This document shows positions 30,703-44,315 of a DNA stretch of 64,000 nucleotides, in pieces. Both the position numbers and the translations under genes were made by a program. The notes beneath the pieces are model-generated. The model searched no databases. It was given only the letters and a program-made list of their open reading frames with translations, and was not told where the DNA came from. Positions within the stretch are counted from its first letter, which is position 1, and each line of letters begins with the position of its first letter. This stretch comes from Amphiscolops sp. MND2022 (lineage: Eukaryota), in the NCBI GenBank assembly GCA_964187785.1, contig OZ076409.1, positions 48,734,001 through 48,798,000 on the forward strand. Reading direction: 5' to 3'.

Positions 30703-32799
30703 TTTTAATCCATGACTTCCAGTTTGTGTTTCAGATGTTTCACCAGAGGAGGCAAGATGCTTCCCAGCAAGGGGTGTTCTTGGAGTAGTTGAAATATTTT
30801 GAAGCGGGGTGATTTTGAAGCCCTCGTCATTTTCAACATTTTGCAGTTTTGATAATTCGCTTAAATAAGTATTAAGCACTTCTCGTCTGTCTTTCGGAAC
30901 GACGTAATTGGCCAGAGCAGTGGCCGCTGTGTGGCCGGTCTGCTGTAAGTGTGAGGTAAATAGGGAATCTTGGTAATTCTTCCTGTTATTATGGAAATGT
31001 GTGTCCCACATTTTACGAATTGCTGTGGCGTGGAAGTCTTTATTAGAAAGATTGGGATCGAATAATTCTGTGAGGACACTTTTTATGTTCTTTGCCATCG
31101 AATGTTCGTACTTGTTGTTGGAAAGACAAGATCTGGTTCTGTCGAAAACTCTTTGACAAAACGACGTTTTAGTCTCTTTAGCCATTTATGTTGGTCGTTT
31201 TCAATTACTATACTGACATCATGAAACCTCCCAGTTTTATGGCGGTCTGTTTTCATCACCCCGTTTTGTTTTATAGACTCGAAATCTTTCCAGGTGAGTT
31301 GTAGGAGTGGTCCTGCCCGACAGTTTAACATAAAGGAAAGCATAAGGAAGTTAAGAGCTGAAAGTTCTTTGTAATAGAGAACCTTCTCCTCGAGATCCTT
31401 GTTAAGGAAATCTTGGACCATGTTATTTAGTCTCTGGACTTCGTCTAGACTAGGGACCTTTGCATAAAGTTCCTTTGATTTACGTCTTTTTTCCTTTTGG
31501 GATCCAATTAGGTATCGGCAGCGGCACTCGTGGAGTATTTTCTCCCAGGGATATTTCTTGAATCCGGGGTATCGGTCTCCGGTATGTAATTCCAAGTATC
31601 GGAAGAATTTACGTAGTTTAAATAAATAATTGGATATCGTAACTCGTTTCAAAATGTGGTCTTGCATGAATTTACGAATACTGTTTGCCAATGCGGTGGT
31701 CTCGTTGAATTCTTTAGTTTCGTAGACAATGTATCCTAAAAATTGGCGAAGTGTGGAAGACATCGTGGACACGGACACAACATCGCCATCATCCATCAAC
31801 CCTTGACAATGGTTGTCAAACTGGATCACAATGTCCTCAAATGGTTTTTGCAGCTTCTCTCGCAGAGTCCTCAAAGCAAGTTGGATCTCAACTGGATATA
31901 ACTTCTCGTCGCATCTGTTGAATATTCTCTCTAATTTCTGATGCTTTGGATGACTGCCTCGAAAGCTCATTCGTTTTAAGCAAGTTGTACATTGGAAGCA
32001 TCTTTTTGTTTTCATTGTCGAATGACAACTCAATATGAATGATTTCACTTTAGGATCCTAGTTCAGTTTGTGTGCGTTCGAAAGGTGGTCGCGCATTTTT
32101 TTCAGCTTTTTTTTACACACCACACATTCCTCAATTTCTGGTCTTTTTGCTTTGTTTGAAGTTTTAACTGTTCTATCTTCCTCGAGTTCATCATCGACAT
32201 CGGATTTTTCCGTTGCGATTGAATCTGTGGACTCGTGATCGGAGACAATTTCTCGAAAGGAAATGCTGGACGTATCCCCATCTCCATTCGAGGCGGAACC
32301 AATTTCACTTCGTGGTGAATTTCTTCGAAAGTGATTTTCTGAGGAAGTGGATCTTGACAGACCTTGAAGAAACGATGAAGCATTGCACTTATGGAGTTTT
32401 CCTACTTGCAAGTTATCTGTGTTGTAGAAGCACCAGCGGCAAACAAAATTGGCTCGGTGTTGCTCTTTAACATGCTTCACAAGGATTGATCTACCTATAG
32501 AAGTGCTCATAAATTTTTCAACACAATGAGGGCAAGTGAGAGGCTCACTACTGTTTTTTGTTATTTTGGCTTTTCTCGACCGACTAAACGACCGATGACG
32601 AAACATTTTGGAAGAGCACTTTTGCTTATGTTGCGATGAATCATGCGACATGAAACCGCAGAAGCACACACTGCATACAAAAGGAAGTTCGGGGTGCTTG
32701 GAGCGCACATGGTGGATCATGTATCTTCGAACGATTCTTTCAGGGCAATGTTTGCAAGGCATTCCAATTGACCTCTGATGTCCTTCAAGGGCAGTTTCT

Positions 32800-33030
32800 T
32801 CAATTTCTGTTCCTCGATTCCTGTACTTCTCTACTTCAAATTCTTTACTTCGATCAAAATCTTCAGTTTCTGTGCTTGGATTTCTGTACTTCTCTACTTC
32901 AAGTTCTTTACTTCGATCAATTTCTTCACTTTCTGTGCTTGGATTTCTGTACTTCTCTATTTCAAGTTCTTTACTTCGATCAACTTCTTCAGTTTCTGTG
33001 CTTGGATTTCTGTACTTCTCTACTTCAAGT
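32800..33030. repeat. 63-bp coding tandem repeat, ~4 copies (ELEVEKYRNPSTETEEVDRSK)
   Basis: Visible in ORF 32058-33551. Confidence 0.9.
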
Positions 33031-34556
33031 TCGGTTCTTGGATAAACTTCTTCAGTGGAACTGTCTTCTACCTTGTCTTTTTTCTGGGAAAGTTTACTAA
33101 AGAAACTTTCTTTTCGCCAAGGGGAACAATTCGTTTTGTAATCATATCGCAATTCGGACCCTGCGTCGATATTCTTTGTGGAGTAGAAGCAAATCATAAC
33201 TTCATTTTTTTCATTGAAACATTTGACAGGGTGACAGTTCTGAACTGAATAGGGATCAATGTCATTTATGCATCTCCCCTTGCACTCGGGTCTTTTCGTT
33301 GCGTCGATGAGGATACTTTCCGGTTTCCCGACATCGAATACATAAACGCTGTCTTCCTCTACAAAGTTTACTCGATCACCCCTATAAGATAGGGGTGATC
33401 GAGTAAAGCGCTTTACAAATAGACCATTTCTAGCGAATTCAGTTTCTCTGACAACGAAATCATCGGGGTCTTTGTCCTGAAAATTGCGTGGATTTTGTTT
33501 GTTGGCATCACTGAATGTTGCCGCTACAATACGTCGACTTCTCGATTGCATGAGTTTTCAGAAAATGGTGGTTGGATAGAGATTGGAATGAAAGACCGAA
33601 ATGTTGAAATTGAAATGAATTACAGAGTTAGCGAAAGCAGATAGAAATTGGAATGTTGGGTGTGAGTTGACACAAAGAAATTGAGGCGGACAATGGGAGT
33701 TGACACAGGGAACTGATTTGACAGAGGGAACTGAGTAGGATAGAGTGGAAACCTGAATGTGTAGAAGGCAGAGCAGCAAATCTGAAATATAAAAATTTTA
33801 GAGTAGTTGTACTTCACGAGAGCCACACCAATGGATTCATCTATCAATTCAAATCATTATCATCTAGATAATTTGGAGAGTCTTTCTGAATTGTAACAAT
33901 TCATGATTCAACGGAATCTAGACTAGGAAAAATAGAGAATATTCGAAGAAAATAAACCAAATGAGATCTAAAATTCAATCATAGGTCCGATTATTTTGAT
34001 CAGCAACCGTGGGAAACAGTGCGCAGAGTGACCAATTACTGGAAGGGAATCTTGCTTTCCAGAGATGTGAGAGTAATTTCCAGAGTCTACAAAACATTAG
34101 ACTTGGTATTAGCCAGAGGTCCAAATGTTTAGGGTCCCTTCACTGGCTGCTGGGCTTTAAAGGTGGCCAGTTTTCTTCAGAACATATTTTAAAATGCAAG
34201 TACAAAATGCAAAATCAAATGATATACAGAAACTGCGGACAAAGCATACATTTGAAAAAATTTCCAAAGGCATTCAACTTGTTTCATACAATATCCTAAG
34301 AAATTTGACTAATTTTAACAAAATTATAGGAGATCACATTTCCCGTTTCCCTTGGTTGTGAAGTCAAATGATTCCCATGTCTTCACTCGTGAGCTTTGAT
34401 TCACTCGCGACCTGTTTCATATCCCAACTACTCTTGACAAGGTCATCAGGAGCGACATCTATGGAATAATATTTTTGAGGAGTTTCTTCTACACGATTGC
34501 AAACGAAACCAACGTCTTGACGATTCATAGCATTTAGGACGTTGAAGCTTCGGATA

Positions 34557-35246
34557 TATATATATAATATATATAAATTCTAATTTGACCCCTATATGCG
34601 GGCATTGTTTATCACAAGTCAAACAGTAGTCATTTTGTCAAATTTAACAAATTGTAAGGTATTTGTTTAGGTATTCAAACCTTCCACTGTTTTTTATAAT
34701 TCTATCAGTTCAATACAGTTATTTTTGTCATACAAGTTGAAGTTTCCTGTGGACAGATTTCTTGTAACAAAATTTGGACAATCGAATAGAAAATGGGTGG
34801 CAGTTTCTTCAGTTATGCGACAGGAGCACATCGGACTGGCAGTCAAGCTTCTATTATAGGCAAAGTTATTCAGGGATGGATTGATGTCCAGGAGTACTTC
34901 GATGGAGGTCCTCATGAGTTCCTTCTGTAAAGAGAGTTTTATCAAGGCGGGGTCAGTGTCTACTCGAGGAACAATTTTTTTAAGGTTAGTTTCAAAGTCT
35001 GGGTATTGCCATCTGGAATTCCATTGTCGCAGTATATGGGTTCGACTAATGGCTTCATTGTAGCTCAAGGGGTCAGTTAAGTCAAGGTTCTTTTTGTTGT
35101 AGAAAGTTTTCAGTATGTTTCTGTGGAAAGTCACAAAAGTTACAGTTCCTTCACTTTTTATAAATAGCTCTGATAAAAGGTCTCTCTGCTGTAGTACTTT
35201 GGTGAGGAACTTAGCGGATATATTTTGGCAAACAATATCGATAGGT
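34557..35246 (-). mobile_element. 5'-truncated non-LTR retrotransposon (3' end of ORF2 with CCHC finger)
   Basis: SPMCSCRITEETATHFLFDCP zinc knuckle; (TA)n tail at ~34557-34575; 11-bp TSD AGCTTCGGATA at 34546-34556 and 35247-35257. Confidence 0.85.
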
Positions 35247-35661
35247 AGCTTCGGATACAATCCGCAAAAAACTCCTAGGTATTCTTTAGATGTTATTCCT
35301 AGTTTTTTAGTGAAACCATTCTTTTCAAAAAACATGACTGAACTGAAATCGTTTGTAGTTGCAACTGTAAAATGGCGTTGAACGAAATTTTGACTGGCGC
35401 ATTTTAACAGCCCTAGCTGAGAATGTTTGGAGATCGCCAGTAGTAGTTGAAAATTGTCTTTCCAACAAAACGTCAATAAAGTCGACCGAATCAATTTGTT
35501 ATCATCTACTATTATAGTGAAAGTTCGACAGAAATAACAGAAATTTGAAATCCATTGATCACAATTTTTGCTGGCGCTTTTCAGTCCGAGGACCCAAAAA
35601 AATGGCGTTTTTCAACAACTGGCGCTCCCGATAAGGGCTGAATACCGCCAGTCAGGAATAT

Positions 35662-35730
35662 ACTATTACTACTACTACTAGTAGTAACTCTCAAGTGACC
35701 GAGACGCCTGAAAGTCCTACCCTCTTTTGA
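35662..35730 (+). CDS. Displaced C-terminus of the SET/poly-Thr gene (TITTTTSSNSQVTETPESPTLF*)
   Basis: Continues the ACT codon frame with the same Ser/Thr/Pro/Glu composition and ends at TGA 35728-35730. Confidence 0.65.
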   Translation, partial: TITTTTSSNSQVTETPESPTLF

Positions 35731-36760
35731 AACTTGAAGTGTAATCATTAGTGAAGATGATCTTAGTACAGTAGCGTGATTAAAAAAAATGCCCGGCCTG
35801 CCTCTACACTGAGCGTTATCATAATTGATCGATTAAGCTATGATCAACTTTTAAAAATGCATGTTTGCTCAATTTCAACTGATTATATATTTTCAACACT
35901 TTCAAGTGATATCATATTTCAACATATTTTCAACTAATAACAACTAATTTTCAAATAGTTTTTTCTCCACCGAAGACAGTATTTTTCTTCCTTACATGAT
36001 GATGATACGTATGATACTAGTGGAGTCTCATAAATTTAGAAATGTTTTCAGGACAACCAAAGAAGTTTTTTTTGAATTTTTGAATTACGTTTCGAGTCAC
36101 TTGGTTTTTTCTCTGGGGTTAACGCTTTATCGCATAACGAGACAACCCGGTAAAATAGGTTTCAGGCACGCAGCTGTATGATCTCGGACATTTCAAAAAG
36201 TCTGTCGGAAGTTTGCAATTTGTTTTTTCTTCTTCTACCGTGACGGTCACTTCTGGTGGCTATCATAACTTTTGAAATTGTTTTCAAAATCATTAAGCCA
36301 GTATCATCGTTTTTGTGATTTGTTTCTGGTTTCTTGCTTAAACAGGTGTTGTATTTCAGATCGAAATGATACAAAAACCAATCATCACTTATGCTGGCAT
36401 CAATTACGTGAAACTCATATTCCTGAACGTCTTGTTCCCGAATGTGTTCCTGCTGGAAAGCAATGACTGTCTTCTTCCCAATGATCGCAGGAAGGCTACA
36501 GATTTCCTCAAGAAGCATTTAAAAGGTTTATTTTCTTTCCTTTTTTAATCAAAAACATACTATGTTTTTTATCAAAAACATATGTTTTTATCAAAAACAT
36601 ACATACTACGTTTTGGACAATTACGTTTACGATCTCTAGTTAGTAACTAGAGATCGTAAACGTAATTGTCCAAAACGTGGTTGTGAGATGTAAGGAACGC
36701 ACTTAAGCATAGCATTGTAGTTGATCGTTCGTGGCACGTTTTGATTCATGATTGTTGCAG

Positions 36761-39708
36761 GACTGAACGTAAACTTCTCTGATGTATACAAGCCCCATGG
36801 ATTCAAAGAAAGGTGTCCTTTGTTGCGCGAAGACGTATTCGATTTATTGATAATATCTGCACCTCCATCATTAATTCCCTGGACGACTAAAAGAGTTGGC
36901 TATATACGACAACTTTTCCCTTCGTTGCCCATTCCAGGCTCAACCTCTTTTTTAACAATTGACACTATTTTTTCACAACAGTCATTGGAAACAGGCGTTT
37001 CGCTGCAGAATTTTTGGAGCTCTTCTTTGAAGACTATATCAGAATCAGAAATTGCATTGGGTCATTTTATTGAAACTCTCAAGCAGTTTTTCACAAGTCA
37101 AACTTTGAAAATCAAGAAAAAAAACACCTTAGTGCATAAACTTCTTCATCTATTTCTGCCAAACTTGTTTTGCCTTCAAAGGGAAGACATTCAAATGGAG
37201 ATTCAATGCCTACTTACTCTCAGTAATCCTCAGGATCTTTTAGTCAAAATACGTCGACTTATACAATGCCCTTTCATCAAATCCACCATTCTCCCTTCAA
37301 GACGTGAACTTCAAGCAATCACAAATAAATTGAACGAAGATTTCAGATCAATACTTACTCCCAGAAGAACCCCCACTGGGTTCCGTGTTAATCTTGTTAC
37401 ATTTGTCAGATTCGTTGCCTGCAATTTGTATAACAAGACCAGCTTAGTCGGCTTGAGAGTCGACATTTATGGTGATGCAATGTCTCGGGGGAAAAAAGAC
37501 GTCGTACGAATGGCCTTCCGAATTTTGCAAAGCGGCATCGAAACTGAGCAATCCTCAACCCATGTCTTCACGTTTGCTGTGTTTGAGGTGAGTCGTTCAA
37601 GTTTTAATCTGAAAATTCGGAACTTGATTTCTTTTGTGAGCTACATCAAAATGTTTATTGAGAATTTTGGTCCCTGTTGTGAGCTACACTTAATAGTTTA
37701 GTGGTAACGCAAATCTAAATTTGGTCCCTGTCGTGAGTTACACTTAAATGATTACTAAGTAGTTGGAAAACCAATTTGGTCCGTCTTGAGCAGCACTCAA
37801 ATGTTTTGTTGATATAATTCTAAATTTTTCTCTGTTGTGAGAAACTGGAAGTTGAAATATGAAATTTTGGAATGTTTCCCAGGGTAAAGATGTGCGAATC
37901 AACCTGGAATACAATCTCGCCATGTTAGAAGTGCTTGGACGCCCTGGATGGCTATACAACGAAACAAAGGCCTTGCATGATGAAGGTGCTATACTGAGTT
38001 GTTCGGGTGATTCACCATTCCAACTGCGTCTTTTAAAAAGTGTTAGCAGTGATGTCTCTTGTCTGTCAAAGATGTGTCTTTATGTCAGTGATCCTGCAGA
38101 TATTTCGAATCCACCACTGAAACAGAGAAAAAAGACACCGCTGAATATAAGAGAGAAATGGAAGGAAGGGGGGTGATTCTTCCGTCAACTGTCGATTATG
38201 CTACTGGCCGAAGAACAGAACTGATCATTGACATCAACGAATGCATCCCAAAAGACTCTCTCATTTTTCTCAAATCCACTTTCAGTACATGCCCTGATTT
38301 GCTGCATATGGTTGTCCGTTCAGTCGAAAGTGACTTGAAGTTGCATGTGGACTCGATGTTGCTGTTGAAAGACCATGCAGAAATATGTAGACTCGAATGT
38401 AACATAACGGAACGAAATGTGAAACCGCCGAGATTCAGGTTTGAGATCGTTGAAAAACTCTGCAAGGCTGTATCTCTCAGTTTCAGAGACGCCGAAGTTA
38501 TAATTTCCGACTGCAACAGAATCAGCGACTATGGCCGATCAGACTGCCCAATTTTTGAAGGTGTATGTTCATTCGAAACACCTCATGTCTACAAAGCTGA
38601 TCAAACAACCTCTACAACGTCTTATAACGTATTGATATCATTGGTTGATGGGTTGGAGACATCTTTCACAAAAGGAGTGGGTATTTCTGTTCGGAAACTG
38701 GCTGACCTCCAATTCCAATCTCTTTACCAGTTACTTGATTTGCTTCGACAGAGAGAATTCAAAGATATTCCAAAGTGTAAAGATCTCTATGAGATTTATT
38801 ACCAGTCAACTTTATGTCTTTTCGGTGATCGTGCGTTGACGCCATACAAATTGAAACTGGATATTTTACTCAGACTTTTTGAGAAGGGTGAGCTTCTGTC
38901 TCCATTTTATTACATGACAGAAGGAACTGAAAAAAGCCACCACATGGCAGCCAAAGACTACAATACGAAGACAATGCGTGATGGTGGCAATGATGCTTGC
39001 AACATGTCATCCAGTTATCTCGATATTCAGTTTTCCTTCTACCGTGCAATTGATTTATGTTCTTCAAAGTCTTCGACACTTGAATCTTACCGGAAGTTGT
39101 ATGGAAAAACCGACGTGACAAAGTCGTATCTTGAAATTTGCTGTGAACCCATTCCAGAACCTGAACTTGACTATCTTAGAACTGAAGACATGTTTAGAGG
39201 TATGCACTTTGTCATTCTTGGAACATATGGTCACCTGAAAGAAACTCAAGCGAGTCTTGAGAAGAAGATCACTGAAAATGGAGGAAATGTTGTTTCCAAT
39301 GTAGACATCATCAACAGAAGCAAGCTGAATTTTTTGAGCCATCACTATTGCATTTTACCAAATCGAAATTGTATCGACGCATTCATTAAAGGTCAACAAG
39401 GTAAAGAAAAAGCTGCAACGAAGGCGCTTTCCAATACGATACTCGGTAACTGGATTTACTTGAACGCTGAATTTGTAATCGCCTGTGTACAGAAGAAGTC
39501 CTTGATTGATCCCAAAGGTTATGTTTTTGAAGTAGATGAGTCTGTGAGAGCCAAATTCAAAACGATGAAGTACATATCTATGGCCCCACAATTACAACGT
39601 CAATCAAACCCCCTACGACATGGTTCATTAACTTACCTCACAGCAATGCGGAAGTACAAGAACGCACTAAAAAAGGCCACCTTGAAGAGAAAACTAGACG
39701 ACGTTTAA
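36761..39708 (+). CDS. RAG1/Transib-like DDE transposase with a C-terminal BRCT domain (spliced; 5' exons uncertain)
   Basis: Candidate triad IYGDAM / CSGDSP / TEGTEKSH. DLLH and TPYKLK motifs parallel RAG1 DALH and TNYFHK..SEGNESGN. BRCT: FRGMHFVILG..ITENGGNV..LNAEFVIACV. Phase-0 intron 37588-37882; one frameshift in a G-run near 38170. Confidence 0.68.
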
Positions 39709-40537
39709 TATCTAAAAACTTACTTATTTTATTACTAATTCAGTAGACAAGGTCCCTTTGACCGCTTCATTATCAATTCAGTGCATATCTAAAAACTTAC
39801 TTATTTTATCAGACAAGGTCCCTTTGACCGCTTCATTGTCAATTCAGTGCTATCTGATAGGTGAACCAAAGAAAACGGAATGTACAAAAATTTTTCGAGC
39901 TCTCAAAGTTCCTAATATTTGTCAACAATCGTTTGAAAGCTCCTGCCAATCATTCAAATTTGGTACATTTCTTAGAAGCGAAAATGCTTTCACACATTGA
40001 AAGTGAGAACGAAATGACTGGTATAGACGTCTAGACTATTTTTGATGGTTCAAACCATCTTTGGTTGAAAATGTCATTACGTAATTTGATCTTAAATCTA
40101 AATGAATGACAGAAAAAATTGAACGATTATCAGTGCCTTGCTTACAAATAACTTATGTTATAATTTAAACTTATGATAGGTCTATGATGATAGATTAAAC
40201 CAAATATTCGCAGTTCAACTTATACTTCCATGGTATATCTTTTCGCTCTGACGTTTTCTCTGAAAAGTTCATCAGTCGAATTTTTGATCCCCGTCGTGAG
40301 CGCAATATTTAACTGCATCGAGTTTACATTCCCTCTGTTACCTTATTTACTATTGAATGATCTATGACAGTTGTCTCAGGAATGATCTAAGAGGACGTGT
40401 GACTTCCTGGATTAGTGTGATTTGTTGTGAGTTGTTGAATGTATATATTTGACAATCATTTTATAGTTAATTTCATACAATATTGAATGGTGTATAACTT
40501 ATGAGCGACTTCCTGGAATTTTTTCAGTTGATATCAA

Positions 40538-43500
40538 ATGGCAACACTGCCGACCACGCCATCAACGTCTCGTCGAAAGACACCAGAGAAAGTCCCATGT
40601 GGCCAAGGTTCGATAAACGATTTTTTTTTGTGATCAAGCTGTAACGTAATCAAGCTGTAACTTTTTTCACGGAAAAGTTTAATCTGACATATGGCATTCC
40701 TTTTAGGCACTTGTGACGTTGTGGACAAGCTGTCCAACATTCTACGCCACCGCAAAGTCTGTCCCCGAATGCCACGAGAGCAGTTCAAGCTCATGGAGAG
40801 AACGTGCCAGCTCTGCGGCCAGATCATTTCCGCCAAAAAACTGCTGAAGAAGCACTACAATACAAAGTATTGTAAGGAGCAGCAAAAGCGGAAAGCAGAA
40901 GGCCTGCCTACCCGAATGTACCAGTACGGTTAGTCATTACAATGTATGTAAAAAATTGATCGACTTGTAACATTTTGAAAAGTCCAGTTTATCATGCCCG
41001 AAACGATAAGGGAAACTCAATGATTTTGAAAAAAAAACTAGGTCTCAAACAAAAAGGGTGTTTTCATTCATGTAACTTCTATGTTACAGCAGCTGCAAAA
41101 GGCTTGACGCGGAGGCCTAACTTATGCTACGGCAGAGGTTGTGGCAAGTCATATGTTTACCCTTATGACTTGCGCGTGCACCTTTTGAAGAATCCTCAAT
41201 GCCAGGAAGGAGCGAATGTGAGTGCCTGTCCTATTTTTTTCCTCTTTAAGAACACATATTGAATGATTTGATTGACCAATTGATTCTCGAAACGCCGTGT
41301 TTTACACGGTGAAAATGTGACTGGAACTCCGAATGAGTCATTTTATCGTGGCAACTGTTTAGGCTGCAGTATCTTTGGGCTCCGATTCGTCTAGCAACAC
41401 TGACGAGCGATTCAGGCCAGAAGATTTCAACCACATTCCTTCTGATGTGTTTGGATCTGATGGATTTTTCAAGTTCGCGATGGAAGTGCCCCTCGACTAC
41501 AAGTTTCCTGTAGCTCAATGGGAAGGCAACGTTGACGACCATGTCGTCAAATTCAATTCCCTGATGAGACACAGTGTGCCTCTGTTGTGGCGTGGAGGTG
41601 TCAACCATTGCCATGGTTTGAAGCTGCCTCAAGTGGAAGAAATCGCTTTCACTGAAGTTGTCCAAGAGCTTCTAGTCCCCCAGAAGCTACAAGCAAGTGC
41701 AGCAACCATCAATGTCAAGTCGGCAAAAATTGGAGAAGTAAGTCTTTGGTTGAATTACTTTCAATTTGAAGCTTGTATTTTTCGTAAAATATCTGGAACA
41801 ACTGCAATTTGATCCCTGTCGTGAGCTCATTTTCAAACTTGGACAAGTCTTTGGTAGAATTACTTTCAATTTGAAGCTTGTATTTTTCGTAAAATATCTG
41901 GAACAACTGCAATTTGATCCCTGTCGTGAGCTCATTTTCCAACTTGGACAAGTCTTTGGTAGAATTACTTTCAATTTGAAGCTTGTATTTTTCGTAAAAA
42001 AATATCTGGAACAACTGCAATTTGATCCCTGTCGTGAGCTCATTTTCCAACTTGGACAAGTTGAACTTGTCGAACAACTGCATTTGAACTATTCTAGCGA
42101 GTAGAAAGTTGTCCGTCTTATTCCCGTCTTAGTCAATTTATGATCATTTCATTTCAGAGTCGTGACCTCTGTCTCGACGATTTCAAGCAGGAGCTCATCA
42201 ACGCCGACAGAAGCAGCGTTTACTATCCTTTAAACGCTATAGACATCGCCATGCAGCAAAAGGTAAACATCATTGAATGAGCTCCTTTGATTGAAAACGC
42301 AAATCCACTGAAAAATGACTTTTCCTTTTCTGTTTTTCTTCAACCCCCTGTTTACTAGTAGTTGCGTACAAATTGGACTTTGAGGATGCACATTGTTTTG
42401 AAACAACTTCAACTTATATTGATTTTTTTTGTCTTTTCAGTCCATCTACAGCGTGCCAACGATGATAAAAAAGTCGTCAGTCACACCCTTGTGGACGAGC
42501 TGGTCAGTAAGTCAGCAGAACCGTTCTCAGTAGCGACTTCATACTACTTGCTGATCTCCAACGATGGTTGTCAAACAACTTGGCACACGGACTTCAGTTC
42601 AACATCTGTCTTTTATACAGTCTTGACTGGGTCCAAGACCTTCTTTCTGGTTGCGCCAACTGAAAACAACATGGAGTTGTTCAATGCCTGGTCCAAACAA
42701 GAACGCGACGACATGTAAGTTGAATTTTTTCACCAAGGAATTTCAGCTTTTGCGTTCATCTATTTTTGTATTTTTTTTGCATCATTTTGCATCACGGGCC
42801 ATCATTTCCGTACGTGTTTTCAATGTATTTGCGAAATTTTCAACTTTCAATGCACTATATTGTTTTTGCCAACAGTTTTCGTTTTAGGCCAACATTTTTT
42901 GGATGCCACAAAAGACTGGAGGGGGGTTGCCTCAGGGTTACTCTTAATCCGGGCGACGTTTTCGCCATGCCGTCTCAGTACATCCATACAGTCCTCACAA
43001 GTGGAGACTCTGTGGCAGTAGGGACGAATTTCCTTTCAGAAGGTCATTTGAACCAGATCATGAAGGCGATCATTGAAGAAGACTCCGTCAGGGAGCATGA
43101 GAAGTTTCCGGGCATGTTGGAAATGCTAGCTATTTTGATGCTCAAAGCATCAGAGAGATGCATGATAACTCCGGACTTCCTTCGACTTCACAGGGTCATT
43201 GAGAATCGATATCAAGAAAGTGAAGCTGTTGCTGTGAGTTGTATTTTTTAGTTCACAATCGTTTCGAATCAAACTAAAAGATCGAATTAAGTATTTGTAT
43301 AATGAAGCCGTGTTGTGACTCACAACAGGGACCAAAACTAAAATTGGTAATCATCATGAATAATGTTGATGATGACGTTGTGGCTCACGACAGGGACCAA
43401 AATTAAAGGTGGTAATGATTAATTCGTGAGCCACAACGTTATCATCGACATTATTTGTTGATGATCAACAAAGTTGATCAAATAGCTTAGTGAGTTATCA

Positions 43501-44147
43501 TGAGTTTTGTTTCAGATTTGCCCCGAATTCAGCAAGGAGAGACTCGTTTACAATATTTGCTCGCGCAAAGACTTCGTAAACGATGTTTGTGTCACTGCTT
43601 TCACGGAAACGGCCTCAAAAAAGGCATATCTTCTTTGCCCCAAGCCTTGCTTCAGAAGGAGGAACTGGTATACGAACGAGGACGGCGTGAAGGTCCCGAA
43701 GGAAGCAATTTCTGAGGAGCGCCTCACTTTCTTGTGCCGAAGACCTGATGTTGACGAGCCGAATCGTGATGTTTTAATCAGCTATGAGGAAGCCATCACG
43801 TATGTTCACCCGCGACCGTCACAAACTGTCAGAGGTTTGCACAAAATGCCGAAAAGAAAAACCCTCGTTCAAGACCGTGGTAAGTTTGCTTATTTTAGTT
43901 ACATCCTGGTTGTTTCGTCTTAATATACATAGTGGTAATGTAAGTGATAATATTCAACTCAAAACTGGTCACCTGGTTGAACATCCGTAAGGCTTACATT
44001 TGATTTTCGTATTTCCTAAAAAGACTTCAAAATGAAATTAATGGAGTGGTAATCGAATTCAATGTTTTTGTTTCAGAATTCAGACCATCTACTGATCGTT
44101 ACGTTGCTTCGATCATGAGCCACCATGTCCCTGCATACAGCTTGTAG
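40538..44147 (+). CDS. Nine-exon zinc-finger + JmjC (KDM2/PHF8-like) histone demethylase
   Basis: Exons 40538-40607, 40707-40928, 41090-41217, 41363-41737, 42158-42262, 42441-42714, 42888-43233, 43516-43879 and 44077-44147. JmjC TTWHTDFSSTSVFY..GSKTF..PGD..MPSQYIHTVLT..DSVAVGTNFL keeps HxD..H and K. N-terminal C2H2/C2HC fingers. One probable frameshift near 42480. Confidence 0.85.
41738..42061 (+). repeat. Intronic 105-108-bp tandem repeat, 3 copies, each carrying the dispersed motif
   Basis: GATCCCTGTCGTGAGC at 41811, 41916 and 42024. Confidence 0.95.
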
Positions 44148-44315
44148 TTGCGTACAGACTGAGTTGTGCTTAAGAAGTTCTTGATCAATGTTAACTTAAC
44201 ATGTTGAACTTTCTTGTCTCCGAGTTATTTGTTGTGCTCAGTAAATTGTACACTGTGGCTCGGTATAAACTTGGAGCTTGAAAAACTGCTCTGGATTTTT
44301 CGAATGACCGTCAAC

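Larger units (their letters stand above)
29647..33551 (-). pseudogene. SET domain + C2H2 zinc fingers + tyrosine recombinase fusion gene (one stop, one frameshift, one intron)
   Basis: SET: IDAT..KGRCIND..GSELRYDY..PW. Several CxxC..H..H fingers. YR catalytic set: NCRAG (R), HKTG (K), HATAIRK (R), TGHT (H), ANYV (Y). In-frame TAG at 32058, frameshift near 31120, intron 30337-30011, last exon ends YLRP* at 29647. Confidence 0.85.

Noticed and set aside
34694..35494. 266-aa ORF as a gene of the YR element
   Set aside because: Chimeric ORF: only the part inside the TSD-bounded LINE fragment is coding-derived.
41687..42104. Repetitive ORFs in three frames
   Set aside because: They lie in the 105-bp intronic tandem repeat of the JmjC gene.
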